A stretch of DNA of 64,000 nucleotides from Alloascoidea hylecoeti (Eukaryota): positions 646,194 through 710,193 of the forward strand of contig BCKZ01000009.1 of NCBI GenBank assembly GCA_001600815.1, written 5' to 3'. Every line of letters begins with the position of its first letter. The stretch's first letter is position 1. The position numbers and the translations under genes were made by a program. The notes under the pieces were generated by a model. The model had not been told where the DNA came from. It did no database searches and saw only the letters and a program-made list of their open reading frames with translations. Shown here one piece after another: positions 62,026 to 64,000 of this stretch.

Positions 62026-62725
62026 GATTATAAGCTTTTTGTACTGAAAATATATATGAAGGTTGAAAGAATAGAGAGCAAAAGAATATAATGAAGGAAA
62101 AAAAATAAAATGCAAACTTATACTGCAATTCACAAATTAGGAAACTGTTGCTTCCCAATAAAGTTTCTGCATAAAAAAAGCAGTGAATAGCCTTTATGAT
62201 CGCAATGAGGGAATTATAACTATAACAATTATTATAGGTTAACAACTTACAATATCCTTTTGTTTCAGCCGTGTAAGTTGCATTGACTTATTTATATAAC
62301 TTATACAGTCATTCTACTCAATATGGGCCACTTCTTGAACCAAAATTTTAAGCAGAAAGTACCTGGTATATTATAAGAAGTGTCCACCACTTAATACTCA
62401 AGGTACATATAATAAGCTACTTAGCAGTATCTGCTCTAGCTATAATATACCTATAGATAATTTATCATTGAGGTGCTCAACAGTACTTATATACCTCTGA
62501 ATTTGAATATAGATGTTATAATCCTATAAATATTCAGTTCATGATAAGCTAAATAATATTTCCTCATTATAGAAGTATCATCCTCCTTAATGAATACTCC
62601 AACACTATGGCTTCCGATATTCAACCTACTGCGAATTCTATATCAGGATCCAACATCTTCACTAACATACGAACTGCATTATGCACAGTATCAAAATGGA
62701 TTAGTTTCATTTTTTAAATTTTCTA
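61003..62725. repeat. Segmental duplication, copy B (pairs with 32331-34135)
   Basis: Direct sequence match to copy A in the same orientation, about 28.6 kb away. Confidence 0.95.
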
Positions 62726-62945
62726 ATCGATCACTCTCAACACATATATGCATAAGGAAAGGCCCTTAGGTTTGATAATGATCGGTCCTTACTCACCAGA
62801 ACGAGTTATTTTAAGTTAAACTGTTTGAAAGAGAATTTTTTTTTTCTATTTTTAGTTGACCAATAACTATACTTGTTTTTATTACTAAAGATATTAGTGG
62901 AAGATAATTAGCTGTTCTCTTTATTTTAGAGGGAACACCCGTTGG

Positions 62946-62983
<38 letters not shown>

Positions 62984-63579
62984 TTGAAAGGAAGAATTTT
63001 TTCTGAAAAAAAAGGTTAATTTTTTCATTGGGATAAGTTTTTTTATATACAATTTTTTATACCTTTTATGGTCGAGAGATGATCCACGCTTAGAAGATCT
63101 CATGATCATCTATGAGAGATCGCAGCTTCTCCTGAGATCCACAAAATGTGTGATCGAGTGGTAGAAGCTTCGATAAGACATGTGATCAGCGCTTTGCCAT
63201 ATATGGCCGAGTATGTAACATTTATTATCCAAGAGCTATACAATAAGTGTTGTATCGTACATTGTTCAAATGGATAAAGTGTTAGTATAGTTAATATCTA
63301 ACATTAATTACAATACTTAAGCTTCTCAAATTCTTATATGCGTAGAATTCGAATATTCTACTGCCTAAGTTATATTTGAATTTGTAAACACTACTCAAGT
63401 GTATAGATAGTTATCCCCTTATACATTCTTTTTATATGCCCGTATATATATCATATAACTTATACTTAAAAGTTAAAACTACCAAATATATTAAAATTAA
63501 ATGTATACAAAACTAAATCTAGCTAGAGGTTAAGTTTTACATGAATACAACTCATCCTTAAGATAAAAAAATCCAATCT

Positions 63580-64000
63580 TCATAAACCTCTACGTTGATT
63601 TTCATTGTAAAGTTGTCCTTTTCTAAAATTTAATTCAAACAACTTTTTGTTCTCTTCTGTTCCAAAAATTAAACCAATTTCTATCTCTCTAGTTCTGGTA
63701 ATCGTGCATCTTTGATACACATATTCTTCATCTAGATTTAAAGATTCAGGTAAGTTAAAATCATCAGAAAATGAGTCTTTCAATTTATATTCTGGCTGAA
63801 TTGTATGGGTTATTAATGCTTCGTTGCTGGAAATATTAAGCGAATTCGAAGCTGAAACTGGAAATATTGAAATAAAACTTTCATTTTGAAGACCATTCAT
63901 AACACCATGGGAAATTTGTATCTTACAAGTTATGGGAGTCGACCATTTGTGTGGTTGTTTTGGTTCATTATGTATCAATAATTTTGCTCTTATTTCGAAA
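63580..64000 (-). CDS. 3' end of an unidentified gene continuing beyond the window
   Basis: The frame is open from the window end to the stop at 63580 and has protein-like composition (HKWSTPITCKIQI...RTREIEIGLIFG). Confidence 0.55.
   Translation of the reverse strand, partial: FEIRAKLLIHNEPKQPHKWSTPITCKIQISHGVMNGLQNESFISIFPVSASNSLNISSNEALITHTIQPEYKLKDSFSDDFNLPESLNLDEEYVYQRCTITRTREIEIGLIFGTEENKKLFELNFRKGQLYNENQRRGL

Noticed and set aside
62948..62983. (TA)n microsatellite, and ATGAAT or AAT-type codon repeats elsewhere
   Set aside because: Ordinary simple repeats in an AT-rich genome; no spacer structure and no CRISPR-like array.

Overview
Eukaryotic, AT-rich genomic DNA from a budding yeast (Saccharomycotina). 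It is probably an early-diverging lineage: CTG reads as Leu at conserved positions, 15 short introns (49-90 nt) can be reconstructed, and an NDUFAF6 homologue suggests Complex I is present. The species cannot be named from the sequence. About 22 genes are present: SLN1 (5' part), PalH/Rim21, tRNA-Gly(TCC), GCN4 with five uORFs, a cytochrome b5-domain gene, PIC2, a DUF2458-like gene, a PCL6/7 cyclin, an alcohol acetyltransferase, a broken NDH-2 dehydrogenase, the MIP6/PES4-YSC84-YSC83-ARG4 block, KRS1, CPR7, NDUFAF6, GEA, an LDS/RRT8-like gene and a mitochondrial carrier. Gene-poor stretches hold degenerate transposon relics (pogo/Fot1-like, L1-like, a possible solo LTR next to the tRNA). The least explained signals are: (1) a three-member orphan gene family, with a head-to-head pair and a distant copy homogenised by apparent gene conversion; (2) sharp GC-rich islands over the 5' ends of some genes, one centred on a perfect 30-bp palindrome; (3) multi-lesion decay of an EF-hand-type NADH dehydrogenase. 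All calls come from reading the sequence and recalling protein families; no searches were run.
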